A stretch of 50,800 bases of DNA from assembly GCA_963788655.1 (NCBI GenBank), contig CAWBHS010000014.1, positions 1 through 50,800 on the forward strand. Reading direction: 5' to 3'. This document shows, piece by piece, positions 32,567 to 42,095 of this stretch. This DNA is from an uncultured Verrucomicrobiae bacterium. GTDB taxonomy: Bacteria > Verrucomicrobiota > Verrucomicrobiia > Limisphaerales > JAFGQR01. A program made the position numbers and the translations under genes. Each line of letters begins with the position of its first letter. Positions within the stretch are counted from its first letter, which is position 1. Under the pieces are notes generated by a model. The model searched no databases and was not told the origin of the DNA. It worked only from the letters and a program-made list of their open reading frames with translations.

Positions 32567-33451
32567 TTAAGAACCGGGCTCGCATCCCGGCACGACGGCA
32601 GTCCAGACGGGGCCGAATTTGGCTATGAATTGATCTTCCAGATCCCGCGCGATCGCTTCGCTGGCGGTCACGGCATAAGTCGTGGAACCGCTACCGGACA
32701 TTAAGGTGCCCACCGCGCCATGGCTTCGCAGAAACTCCTGATAAAGTTCCAGAACCGGATATTTCACCAGCGCCGGGGCTTCCAGTGAATTGTAAAAGGC
32801 GGCGGCAGCCGTGAGTAACTCGGCAGATTGCAGGAGCGTAATCAATTGACGGGCGCGGCCGGGTTGTCCATTCAAGGCGGCGGGAAATCGGGTCAATTGT
32901 TGGTAGGCCCAGCCGGTGGAGATGCCAAAGCCGGGATGGATCAGCAACAGGGCCGTGCCTCGCAACGCGGCGAATTCTTCGAGCGGCTCGATCTTCTCTC
33001 CGCGTCCGGTGGCGAGGGCGGGTTTGGTTTGCAGGAAGAAGGGGATGTCCGAACCCAGGGCGGCAGCCAGGGTATCGACTTGTCCGAGACGCAAGGGGTG
33101 GCCGAACAGTTCATTGAGGCCCCACAAAGTCGTGGCGGCATTTCCACTGCCGCCCCCCAAACCCGCCGCCAACGGGATGTGTTTTTCAAGGTGGATTTGA
33201 ACCCCGTCCCGAATGGCTGCCGCTTTGAGAAACGCTTCCGCCGCCCGATACACCAAGTTTCGCGAGTCGGTCGGTAAACGCGGGTCACTGCAGGTCAATT
33301 GAATGCCGTTGCCGGCGCGTCGGAAGCTGAGGCGGTCGCAAAGGCGAACCGGTTGCATGACGGTTTCCAGTTCGTGGAAGCCATCCGGGCGTTTGCCAAG
33401 GATGTTCAGCAACAGGTTGACCTTGCACCAGGATGGCTTTTCCAGGGTCAT
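32567..33451 (-). CDS. ispE: 4-diphosphocytidyl-2-C-methyl-D-erythritol kinase
   Basis: KVNLLLNILGKRPDGFHELET, KHIPLAAGLGGGSGNAA, LGSDIPFF and MSGSGST. Confidence 0.95.
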   Translation of the reverse strand: MTLEKPSWCKVNLLLNILGKRPDGFHELETVMQPVRLCDRLSFRRAGNGIQLTCSDPRLPTDSRNLVYRAAEAFLKAAAIRDGVQIHLEKHIPLAAGLGGGSGNAATTLWGLNELFGHPLRLGQVDTLAAALGSDIPFFLQTKPALATGRGEKIEPLEEFAALRGTALLLIHPGFGISTGWAYQQLTRFPAALNGQPGRARQLITLLQSAELLTAAAAFYNSLEAPALVKYPVLELYQEFLRSHGAVGTLMSGSGSTTYAVTASEAIARDLEDQFIAKFGPVWTAVVPGCEPGS

Positions 33452-33523
33452 GCAATAGAAATGGCGCCGGCAAAAATTTGCGGGCGCCAGGCCAAAGGTT
33501 TGACCGCGAACCGTTGAAACCGA

Positions 33524-34021
33524 TCAATTATCAAATATCCGGAAACGGCTGCCCATGATCATCGGGGCAATATCACCGCCGCTGAAGCCCAATGACGTAT
33601 CGGTCGCAAAAATCTGGTCCGCCAGTAAGTTGGGCGCATAACTGGCTGGGTAGGTCGGATTGGCGGTCAGCCGCAGGCCACCGAATGGATAGCTGGCGTT
33701 TTGGACGGTGATGTCGGGATATAGATTATACTTGGGCGTGAGCAGCGGCCGATACGGCGGGAAGGGGAAGGTAACAATATCGTAAACGCCCAGTGCGGTA
33801 CGAACCACGCTGCGATTGAACCCGCGAATGATCCCGGTGGTAAACGCATCAGCGGGACTGTCCCACAAGGCCGTTTGTTCGATGGAACGGCGCATTTCTC
33901 CCATGCGGGCAAACTCCGTAACGTTATTCATGCCGCGGCCCAGTTTGCTCTCCGGCCCGGCACAACCGGTGAAAATCAGACCGGCGGTGACGACAACCAA
34001 AATTGTGAAGTAACGCATCAT
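33524..34021 (-). CDS. Lipoprotein resembling the exosortase-associated TIGR04073 family
   Basis: Lipobox LIFTGC, KLGRGMNN and R...GVYDIVTFPFP. Confidence 0.6.
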   Translation of the reverse strand: MMRYFTILVVVTAGLIFTGCAGPESKLGRGMNNVTEFARMGEMRRSIEQTALWDSPADAFTTGIIRGFNRSVVRTALGVYDIVTFPFPPYRPLLTPKYNLYPDITVQNASYPFGGLRLTANPTYPASYAPNLLADQIFATDTSLGFSGGDIAPMIMGSRFRIFDN

Positions 34022-34107
34022 AATGTTGTTGTTGCGCCCGAGGCTACCGGCATTCGCTGATTTGTAAAGCGCGTTTTCCGGAAATTAGCATTGCGAAAGG
34101 GCGACCT

Positions 34108-35141
34108 CTATTCCGACGCTCCGGGTGGCTGGACTTGTTCTTCGGTGGCCAGGCGTTTGGCCTTGCGCTCCCACATCCAGCAGATGAGCACGCTGATTTC
34201 ATAGAGCAATTGCATCGGGGCGGCCATCACCATCATCGTAATGGGATCGCCGGAGGGCGTCGCCACGGCGGCGATGATCAGGTTGCCGACAATGGCGTAG
34301 GAGCGGAACCCGGCCAGTTTCTGGTAATCCAGCAGCCCGATCTTTACGAGGGTCAGGATGACCACGGGCAATTCAAAACTCGCGCCCATCCCGAGCATGA
34401 ATTTGCACATGAAGCTGATGTAGGCGTCCGCCCGCCATTCGTCGGCGCCAAAGCCCAGCCATTGCGAGAACTGGACGGTGGCTCCAAGGGCAACGGCGGA
34501 CACAATGAAATAGCAAAACGCCACGCCCAGAAAGAACAGGATCGTGCCCACGCCCACCGCGTTGTAGAGCAGTTTCTTTTCGTGAAATTTCAAGGCCGGC
34601 AGGACGAATTGACCAATGAAGAGAAACAGGAAGGGGGCGGCCAGGACCAGCCCGCCATACAAGGCCAGTTTCATCGCCACTACAATTCCCTCGACGGGAC
34701 TGTAGTTCTTGATCATTACGAGCTTGGTCGGACCGGACTTGATGGGCTTTTTCTCGATCTGAACGGTGAGAACATAGTTCGTCCCGGCCTGAATCGGCAC
34801 CAAGCGCAGTGCGCCCGCCCGCGTGTTGGTATCCCAAATTCCAGCGCCAAATTCGCTCAGCCGGACCTTGCCGATTTCATTGGTGCCGGGACCTAACAAT
34901 ATCGGCACCTCACCGGTGTCATTCTGCAGGAAGGTTTCCGCGTTGGTCAAGGGCCACACGAGGATGGCCACCAAATACTTGCCCGCGATCAGGCAGACAA
35001 ACATCGATAAGACGACTGTGGCGATACATTTGATCAGGGTCCAGCGAAATCCTCGAGATGTTCGAGAAAAGTCTTTACCGGACCCCCGCCTTCTTCTTCG
35101 TCGTCAATGGGAGCGGGCCCTTCCTCGGGCTCTTTGTCCAT
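34108..35141 (-). CDS. tatC: Twin-arginine translocase subunit TatC (frameshift near 35050)
   Basis: Upstream frame MDKE..KTFLEHLED joins WTLIKC... Motifs QFVLPALKFHEK, GVAFCYF, FELPVV and TPSGDP..LYEIS. Confidence 0.92.
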
Positions 35142-35164
35142 GCGGAAAAACGTTCAGCCGAGAA

Positions 35165-35485
35165 CTACGAAGATCGCTCGGAAGAAGTCTGAGCGACGGT
35201 CTTGGCCGAGTCTTCGTCGGCGGATGGCCCTTCAGGGTTTTCGGGATCCGCATCGCTACTGACGTTCTTGGAAGAGGTTGGCGACTTGGCCTTGCGAGCA
35301 GGCTGGGACGGTTCTTCTTCAATCGCCTGCTGGATTTCATCCTGCACTTCGCGCGTCGCCTTCTTGAATTCCTTGAGGCCACTGCCCAGCCCGCGCATCA
35401 ATTCCGGAACTTTCTTGGCGCCAAACAACACTAAAACAATGATCAAAATACCGACAATTTCAGGCCAGCCTAACATAGCAAACAA
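35165..35485 (-). CDS. tatA: Twin-arginine translocase subunit TatA/E
   Basis: [32 protein letters not shown]. Confidence 0.93.
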   Translation of the reverse strand: MFAMLGWPEIVGILIIVLVLFGAKKVPELMRGLGSGLKEFKKATREVQDEIQQAIEEEPSQPARKAKSPTSSKNVSSDADPENPEGPSADEDSAKTVAQTSSERSS

Positions 35486-35608
35486 AGTTAAAATTCACGT
35501 TTAAACTAACAACAGATTTAAGCTAGACGGCGCTAGCTGATTGTAAAGGAATAAAAACCACGGGGTCTATTCCCGCTTAACGACGCACTGAGGACATGCT
35601 CCTTCAGG

Positions 35609-36208
35609 CTACTTCGGTGGTTCCAAGAGCAGGAATTCCGCGCGGCGGTTCTTCGCCCACGCGGCCGGAGTATGCCCGGGGTCGGCGGGGCGGTCCTCGC
35701 CGTAACTGATGGTGTCGATCATCTGATAGTTGACGCCCAAGCGGACGAGATATTCACGCGCAGAAAGTGCCCGGCGTTCCCCCAAGGCCCGGTTGTATTC
35801 TTCGGTGCCCCGTTCATCGCAATTGCCCTCGACGCGGAGAGCCTTGCCGGGATAATTCTTCATCATATTGGCCACGTGCTCGATCTTCGGCACTTCGCTG
35901 GGGCGAATGCTGGACTTGTCGAAGTCGAAATACACGGTGTCCGCCGTGAAAGGTTGTTCCGCGGCGGGAGTCCACTGGTCCAGCGGCAGATTGCTCGCGG
36001 CGATACCCGTTTCGCTCATCGCCCCTTCATTCACTCCGGGACCCCCAGTCAACGGACCGGTGTTCAACTCCGAGTTCATGTCACTGATCGGGGGAGGGGT
36101 GGACCCGGGGATGTTCGTGAGGCGTTCGGGGTGTTTCTTGCAGCCAACGACACTGGTGGAAATGAGCACGACAACCGCCAGCCAACTCAAGGAAATGATT
36201 TGTTTCAT
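35609..36208 (-). CDS. pal: Peptidoglycan-associated lipoprotein (OmpA C-terminal domain)
   Basis: Lipobox VVGC, VYFDFDKS, EGNCDERGTEEYNRALGERRA, ISYGEDRP and NRRAEF. Confidence 0.93.
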   Translation of the reverse strand: MKQIISLSWLAVVVLISTSVVGCKKHPERLTNIPGSTPPPISDMNSELNTGPLTGGPGVNEGAMSETGIAASNLPLDQWTPAAEQPFTADTVYFDFDKSSIRPSEVPKIEHVANMMKNYPGKALRVEGNCDERGTEEYNRALGERRALSAREYLVRLGVNYQMIDTISYGEDRPADPGHTPAAWAKNRRAEFLLLEPPK

Positions 36209-36232
36209 GGTTAATAGTTTTTTCGAGTTCAC

Positions 36233-37420
36233 TTATCGCGCCCAACTCGGCTGCGAATTGCTCTGCAAAAATCGACCGATAGTTTTATGTTCTTTAGTGG
36301 GCACGTCAAGCAAAGACAATGATTTCGCGTGATCCGGGCCTTGGCAGTAAATAACTGCCCGTGAATTGGCCGCCCACGTGGGATCTTCCCCGGCCACCAC
36401 CACCTGCGCGATTCCCCCGCTGGCCTTCACCAGGCAGATATTAAAGTCCCGCATTTGCGTGGTGAAAATGATCCACTTCCCATCCGGCGACCAGTCCGGT
36501 TCGGTGGCATTGGGCACGCCCGTGGTGGGGATGCGTTTCATCGGACCGCCGCTGGCCGAGACCACAAACAGGCTCGCCGGCCCGCGCACTCGGGAAGTAA
36601 AGCAGATGGACGTACCGTCAGGGGACCAACAGGGTGAAGACTCTGCCTCGCGGGTCTTGGTCAACTGCCGCAAGTTGCTGCCATCCCGGTTGGCCACATA
36701 CAGGTCCGGACTACCGCCCTTGCTGAGGATCATTGCCACCTGCCGGCCGTCCGGCGAAACCGCCGGGCTCATGCTCGATCCGCCGTACGGGGTAATGCAG
36801 CGGCGCGTGCCGGAATTCAGATCATGGTAGAAAACATTCAGGCGTCCCAGTTTGTAGGAATCGTAGTACAACGCGGAGGTTCCCGCCCAAGCGGGCGCCG
36901 CCGCAATCGAGCTGTCTTGCGTGACGGACTGGGCGTTTTGACCGTCATAGTCCGAAATATAAATCTCACTTTTGCCGGCACCGGTCTCGACGCGGAAGGC
37001 AATCTTGGTTTGAGCAATACCGGGTTTGCCGGTGAGTTCCTTGGCAATCTCATCGGCCAGCGCGTGGGTTTGGGCTCGGATCGTCCCGCCATTGTAAGCT
37101 TTGGCCAGGCGCTGTTGCTGGTTGAATTTCTCGAGGACGCGCCCTTCCACGTGCCCTTGATTACTGCCCGTGATCAGGAACTTGGCTTCGGCAGCGCTGA
37201 CATTGACGATGCCCATGAACAGTAGATCGTTCTTCAAGACACCGTCCGCTTCGCCCGTGAAGCCGGAGATGTTCACCGGAATCGGTTTCAAAAAACCATC
37301 GACCGTCAGACTTCGACTGATATCGATTTGGGTTGAGGAGGCGGCTTGAACCGCGCCGGCAAACGCGATTCCAACCGTGATCAGGGCGACGGCAATGAAG
37401 GCAACAGGTTTCAATTTCAT
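36233..37420 (-). CDS. tolB: TolB beta-propeller protein
   Basis: Signal peptide, TKIAF, IYISDYDG and PD40 repeats (SPAVSPDG, SPCWSPDG, PDWSPDG). Confidence 0.9.
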   Translation of the reverse strand: MKLKPVAFIAVALITVGIAFAGAVQAASSTQIDISRSLTVDGFLKPIPVNISGFTGEADGVLKNDLLFMGIVNVSAAEAKFLITGSNQGHVEGRVLEKFNQQQRLAKAYNGGTIRAQTHALADEIAKELTGKPGIAQTKIAFRVETGAGKSEIYISDYDGQNAQSVTQDSSIAAAPAWAGTSALYYDSYKLGRLNVFYHDLNSGTRRCITPYGGSSMSPAVSPDGRQVAMILSKGGSPDLYVANRDGSNLRQLTKTREAESSPCWSPDGTSICFTSRVRGPASLFVVSASGGPMKRIPTTGVPNATEPDWSPDGKWIIFTTQMRDFNICLVKASGGIAQVVVAGEDPTWAANSRAVIYCQGPDHAKSLSLLDVPTKEHKTIGRFLQSNSQPSWAR

Positions 37421-38268
37421 CCAACCAGACTTTTTGCTTTGAGGTTAAAATTAATGGTGAACGTGCGGGAGGCTTCGGTAGCCCCTTTGGGAAAGGGCGG
37501 TAACTTTTTGACTTTGTCGAGGGCTTTTTGCACGGAGCGGTCCAACAACGGATTCCCCGACCGCCGGGAAATGTGCGCAGAAATCACGGTGCCGTCGCGG
37601 GCAATGACGATCGTGGCGGTGGCGGTCGAGTCTTCGTCCTCGAAATCGCCGGACACCACCCAGGCATCTTCGTACACTGACCGCACGAACTGGGCGTAAT
37701 TTGCATAAGCGGCGCCTCCGGGACCGTAGGTCTTCACGACCGTGCCCTGTTCAAAACCTTCCCGGAGCTTGCCAACGATTTTGTCGAATTGTTTGGCGGC
37801 TTGCTGTTGGGCTTTTTTGCGGGTTTTCTCGGCGGCTCGCTCGCGCGCTGCATTCACGTCCTCGTGGCGGCGGACAACCGGTGTTATTTCAATTTTGGGT
37901 ATCTCCACCTTTTTCGGTTCGGGACGCGGCTTGGGCGGAGCCTTTACCGTTTGCTTAACCGTTTCTTTCGGAGGCGGAGTCACCTTCTTTGGTTCCACCT
38001 TTTTCGGTTTCGGTTGGGGTGGTTTAGGCTGAGGCGGAGGTTCGACTTGCTTCTTGACCTGCTCGTCCGTCTTGGGGGCGGTCGGATCGCCACCGCCACC
38101 GGACATGGCTTGGTCGATGAGAATGCTGGGGATTACGTTCAGGCGCTCCGTTAGGACAGGCCGTTTTTTGTCAGAGGACAAAAACGCCGTGCCGGTGACC
38201 AGCAGCAGCACCAACACGGTGTGCATGCCGGCCGAGGCCAATAGACATTTTTTTTGCATCCGACTCAT
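37417..38268 (-). CDS. tolA: TolA/TonB-family energy transducer
   Basis: N-terminal TM with a SxxxH motif, Pro/Lys-rich linker and C-terminal IARDGTV..SGNPLLDRSV..LPPFP. Lies between tolR and tolB. Confidence 0.8.
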   Translation of the reverse strand: MSRMQKKCLLASAGMHTVLVLLLVTGTAFLSSDKKRPVLTERLNVIPSILIDQAMSGGGGDPTAPKTDEQVKKQVEPPPQPKPPQPKPKKVEPKKVTPPPKETVKQTVKAPPKPRPEPKKVEIPKIEITPVVRRHEDVNAARERAAEKTRKKAQQQAAKQFDKIVGKLREGFEQGTVVKTYGPGGAAYANYAQFVRSVYEDAWVVSGDFEDEDSTATATIVIARDGTVISAHISRRSGNPLLDRSVQKALDKVKKLPPFPKGATEASRTFTINFNLKAKSLVG

Positions 38269-38271
38269 AAA

Positions 38272-38691
38272 TCAGCGACGTGGCGGTCGCGTGCGCAAGG
38301 ACACATTCTCGACGCCCGCCTGCTCCAACCGGTCGAAGATGGCCGCCACGTATTTGTAGGGTGCATTCTCGTCCCCCCGAATGTCCACAATAAGATTTGG
38401 ATTTTGCCGGGCCTCCGCCACGAGCCCTTGCGTGATTTGGTCCAGATTCAAGTGGCGGCCGTTTATCATGTAATCGCCCTGCGGATTGACTTCCACCGTG
38501 CGAATGTCTTGCCGTTCAATTTTGCGCGTGTCCGGTTTACCGCCTTCCGGCAATTGCAGGTTCATTCCCTGCTCCAACAGCGGGGTGGTGATCACGAAAA
38601 TGATCAACAACACAAACGCCAAGTCCAGCAGCGGCGTGAGATTGATCTCTGCCAGCGTGACCAAGTGACTGCGTTGGGAAAATCGGCGCAT
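38272..38691 (-). CDS. tolR: TolR/ExbD
   Basis: AEINLTPLLDLAFVLLIIFVITTP and IRGDENAPY. Confidence 0.88.
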   Translation of the reverse strand: MRRFSQRSHLVTLAEINLTPLLDLAFVLLIIFVITTPLLEQGMNLQLPEGGKPDTRKIERQDIRTVEVNPQGDYMINGRHLNLDQITQGLVAEARQNPNLIVDIRGDENAPYKYVAAIFDRLEQAGVENVSLRTRPPRR

Positions 38692-38706
38692 GGGAGGCTA
38701 GAGAAT

Positions 38707-38808
38707 GGATGCCGGATGCCGGATACTGGATACCGGATAGTGTCCCGCAGACCATCCCGGTTGACATCCGGTATCCATCCGGTATCCGGTATCCGGCATC
38801 TGGTATCC
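38707..38808. repeat. Inverted heptamer tandem arrays (GGATRCC)n ... (GGYATCC)n
   Basis: GGATGCC GGATGCC GGATACT GGATACC GGATA, then the complementary atcc ggtatcc ggtatcc ggcatct ggtatcc. Can fold as a long hairpin. Confidence 0.8.
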
Positions 38809-38837
38809 CTCTTCTAGCATCGTGTCTTGCATTCCTT

Positions 38838-39569
38838 TCATTCGACGTCTTCGTCCTTCAAATACTCCGTCTCCATCCGGGAGACCAGCTCTTGCGCGAA
38901 GTTGTCCAGTTCGACGGTCATCGTGCGCAAGGTATGCACCAGCCAATTATAGCCAAACATGGAGGGGATGGCGACCAGCAGGCCGGCCACAGTGGTAATC
39001 AACGCGGCAGCCACGCCCGGCGCCATGGTTGCCAGGTCGGCATGTCCGCCCTTCGCCGCCGCCATGGCCACGTAGCTGAACGCGCTCATCACGCCCCACA
39101 CGGTGCCGAGCAAGCCCAGGAACGGCGCGCCGCTGACCGCAATGGCCAGCAGGATCAGCCCGGATTCGAGCTTGAGCGATTGCTGGGCGACGGCATTTTC
39201 CAACGTGCGTTTCACGTGTTCCATGGTTTTCAAGGACACGTATTTCTTCCGTTCTTCGTCGCCGCCGGGACGCAAGCGGGCGTCTATTTCCCGACAACCT
39301 TCCTGGTACACCACGTACAACGGGCAATCCGGCACTTGAATGCGCCGGTTATAGACATCGAGCACGTGACGCTGGGTGCGAAACTCGGCGTCGAACAAGT
39401 GATTCAACCGCTTGCCGCGGCGCATTTGCATGGCTTTGGAGGCCATCACCGACCACGCAAAAATGGAGAAGATCACCAAAATGATGATGATCGCCTTGCC
39501 TTCGGGGGTGGCCTGATCCCACACAAAGGGCAAATCAGCCATGGCCAACATGTACAACGGAACGTGCAT
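38838..39569 (-). CDS. tolQ: TolQ/ExbB/MotA proton channel
   Basis: APFLGLLGTVWGVM and APGVAAALITTVAGLLVAIPS..YN. Confidence 0.9.
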   Translation of the reverse strand: MHVPLYMLAMADLPFVWDQATPEGKAIIIILVIFSIFAWSVMASKAMQMRRGKRLNHLFDAEFRTQRHVLDVYNRRIQVPDCPLYVVYQEGCREIDARLRPGGDEERKKYVSLKTMEHVKRTLENAVAQQSLKLESGLILLAIAVSGAPFLGLLGTVWGVMSAFSYVAMAAAKGGHADLATMAPGVAAALITTVAGLLVAIPSMFGYNWLVHTLRTMTVELDNFAQELVSRMETEYLKDEDVE

Positions 39570-39817
39570 TATTAATTACGATTGCCAGTCAATCCCGTAC
39601 AAGCCATTGGTGTAACCGGCGTCGGTCAAATGGTCAAAAGATTTCCCGCGTTTCTTTTGTTTGAACGACTCCATGTCCATTGCCAATCAAGCTGGACTGA
39701 AATGTTGCCTTTGTCCCGGTGGCAGGACGCCAGGAAACGCCGCTTCAATGCGAAAGGCTGCCCGTGCTGAGGGCGACGGTTGTGCTCCGCGTATTCGCCT
39801 GGCGGCATGGATCGGGA

Positions 39818-41704
39818 TTACCAGAAGTATAGGTATAAACCCAACGTCAGCAACACGACCACCCAACCCCAAAACTTGGCCAGCCCGGAGGACTCCAGAC
39901 TGATGGTCGTGTTCTTGGGCAATACGAACGGCTGGCCCAGCGGCTTGAGCATGGTGATCACACCCATGACCAGCAGCACACAACCAAACGTGAGTGCCAT
40001 CCGATCCAGGAACGCCCAGGAGGTCAAGACCACCGCCAACAAGCCATAGACCAACGGGGTTAAAATCAATCCCACCACGCCGCAGACCGGCGGGGCCTTG
40101 GGCGCGAGCAGACCAAACACAAACACCGCCAGGATGCCCGGGCTGATGTACCCTTGAAATTCCTGAATATAATTGAAGATGCCACCCAGTTTCGGATTAC
40201 CGAGTTGCGGCGCGATGATGCAGCCGATGGCCAAACATACGCCCACACCCATCCGGCCCACCGAAACCAAATTCGTTTGGGACGCGCGCGGATTGAGGTA
40301 TTTGCGGTAAATGTCCATCGTGAAAATCGTCGAAGCCGAGTTCAGCATCGAGGCCAGCGAACTGACGACCGCTCCCATAATCGCCGCGAGCATGAAACCC
40401 CGCAATCCGGGCGGTATCAGCTTCTTGATCAGCAACGCAAACGCCGAATCGTGTTTGTAACCGATGAACGGCTTTTGCACTTCGATGGACACACCTTGCT
40501 CGTTCTTCGCGGCAATGGCTTTGAGCGCGATTTTGTTGGCATCGTCCAGCGACACATCCTGCGGCACCGGAATGCCCGCTACGGCGCAATTGTAAGCCAC
40601 GATTTCCCGGGCGGTCTGCTCGTTGACTTCGGCAAAGTTGCCGGTGAACGCGAACGCCACCTTGGCTTCGGCCGGATTGGCTTTCACGGACGCGAACAGT
40701 TCGAGCCCGGGACGATTGTCCACCGCCGCTTCCTGCTGCATGTCCTTCGAGAACAAATTGAAGGCGATGATGCCGGGCACCACGATGATGAAAGGAACGA
40801 TCAACTTCAGTGCCGCCGCAAACACAACTCCCTTCTGCCCCTCCGCCAGCGACTTGGATCCCAGTGTTCGTTGGGTGATGTACTGGTTCAATCCCCAATA
40901 ATAAAAATTGGGAATCCACAAGCCGATCACCAGCGCCGTCCAAGGAATGGCCGGATCGGTGGCCGGTAGGACCATGTGCAGTTTGGCCGAATTGAGGGCC
41001 GTGAATTTGTGCAGCGCGCTGGCCGTGTCCGGAATGTTTGCCGCCGCGAGAGCCGGGACGGTGTCCGCCGTCGCAGCACCGAGCGCTTGCATGGCAAAAT
41101 AGACGACGACCGCGCCGCCGGCGATCAACGCCGAACCTTGGAGCAAGTCCGCCCAGGCGCAGGCTTTCAAGCCACCTGCCGCCACGTAAATACCGGCGAT
41201 GATACCGATGCTCCACGACAAGGGCCCCAGTTCATACCCGAACAACGTCCGCAACGTCAGCGCCCCGGAATAGACCACTGCGGGAAACGTCACAAAGGTG
41301 TAAATCAGCACCATGAACAAGCCCATCAGCATGCGCGCATAGTGATTATACCGGTATTCCATGTATTCCGGGATCGTGTAAATGCCGGCTCGCAAGAACA
41401 GCGGCAGGAAGACAAACGCCACCACCACCAGGGTGATGGCCGCCATCCATTCGTAACTGGCGATGGCCAACCCCAGCCAGTTGGCGGCGCTGCCGGACAT
41501 GCCGATGAATTGTTCGGTCGAGATGTTGGCAGCGATCAGCGAAAATCCAATCAGCCACCAACTCAGTCCGCGCCCGGCCAGGAAGTAGGATTCACTGTCC
41601 TTTTCGTGGCGGCTCTTCAAGGTGCCAATGGCCACCACGGCCACGATGAAACCGAAAAAGATGATTAAATCGATGGGCAATAATTTGAACGTGTCAGTGC
41701 TCAT
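39818..41704 (-). CDS. Sodium:solute symporter (SSS/SGLT-like, probably sugar)
   Basis: YFLAGRGLSWWLIGFSLIAANISTEQFIGMSG, YTIPEYMEYRY, YYWGLNQYITQRTL and SSLASMLNSASTIFTMDIY. Confidence 0.93.
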   Translation of the reverse strand: MSTDTFKLLPIDLIIFFGFIVAVVAIGTLKSRHEKDSESYFLAGRGLSWWLIGFSLIAANISTEQFIGMSGSAANWLGLAIASYEWMAAITLVVVAFVFLPLFLRAGIYTIPEYMEYRYNHYARMLMGLFMVLIYTFVTFPAVVYSGALTLRTLFGYELGPLSWSIGIIAGIYVAAGGLKACAWADLLQGSALIAGGAVVVYFAMQALGAATADTVPALAAANIPDTASALHKFTALNSAKLHMVLPATDPAIPWTALVIGLWIPNFYYWGLNQYITQRTLGSKSLAEGQKGVVFAAALKLIVPFIIVVPGIIAFNLFSKDMQQEAAVDNRPGLELFASVKANPAEAKVAFAFTGNFAEVNEQTAREIVAYNCAVAGIPVPQDVSLDDANKIALKAIAAKNEQGVSIEVQKPFIGYKHDSAFALLIKKLIPPGLRGFMLAAIMGAVVSSLASMLNSASTIFTMDIYRKYLNPRASQTNLVSVGRMGVGVCLAIGCIIAPQLGNPKLGGIFNYIQEFQGYISPGILAVFVFGLLAPKAPPVCGVVGLILTPLVYGLLAVVLTSWAFLDRMALTFGCVLLVMGVITMLKPLGQPFVLPKNTTISLESSGLAKFWGWVVVLLTLGLYLYFW

Positions 41705-42095
41705 AATTCATTACGTGCTTCCTGGATCAGGGCCTTCGTCGCCGTTGCGCAAAGCCAACTCGCCACCGGGAACCGCCCCATGGTCCGACCTGCTTGTCCG
41801 CCGGATGCCACCGGGAGACGCATGCAATCCTGCCGAGTTGCCCGCTCTGCACAAAATGATTCGGGATGGTGTAGTGGATTTTGCAGGGCCTTGTCAAACC
41901 CTAGCCCGGATATTTCATAAGCCCTTCGGATTTTTGGGGCGAGCGCGGATTTGGGGAGCAGAATTCGGCAACAAGGAGGTGTTTTTGCCGCACGATGGAC
42001 AATACGGACGCTAAAACCTTAAAAATTGAAAATTAGGGCCGGTTTTGTACACACCTCTTCCGTAGGGCTGCCTCATCAAAAGTCGTTGCTTGGAT

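Noticed and set aside
42021..42038. Second IS end or nested MITE (AATTGAAAATTAGGG)
   Set aside because: Only a loose resemblance to the terminal IR and no flanking target duplication.
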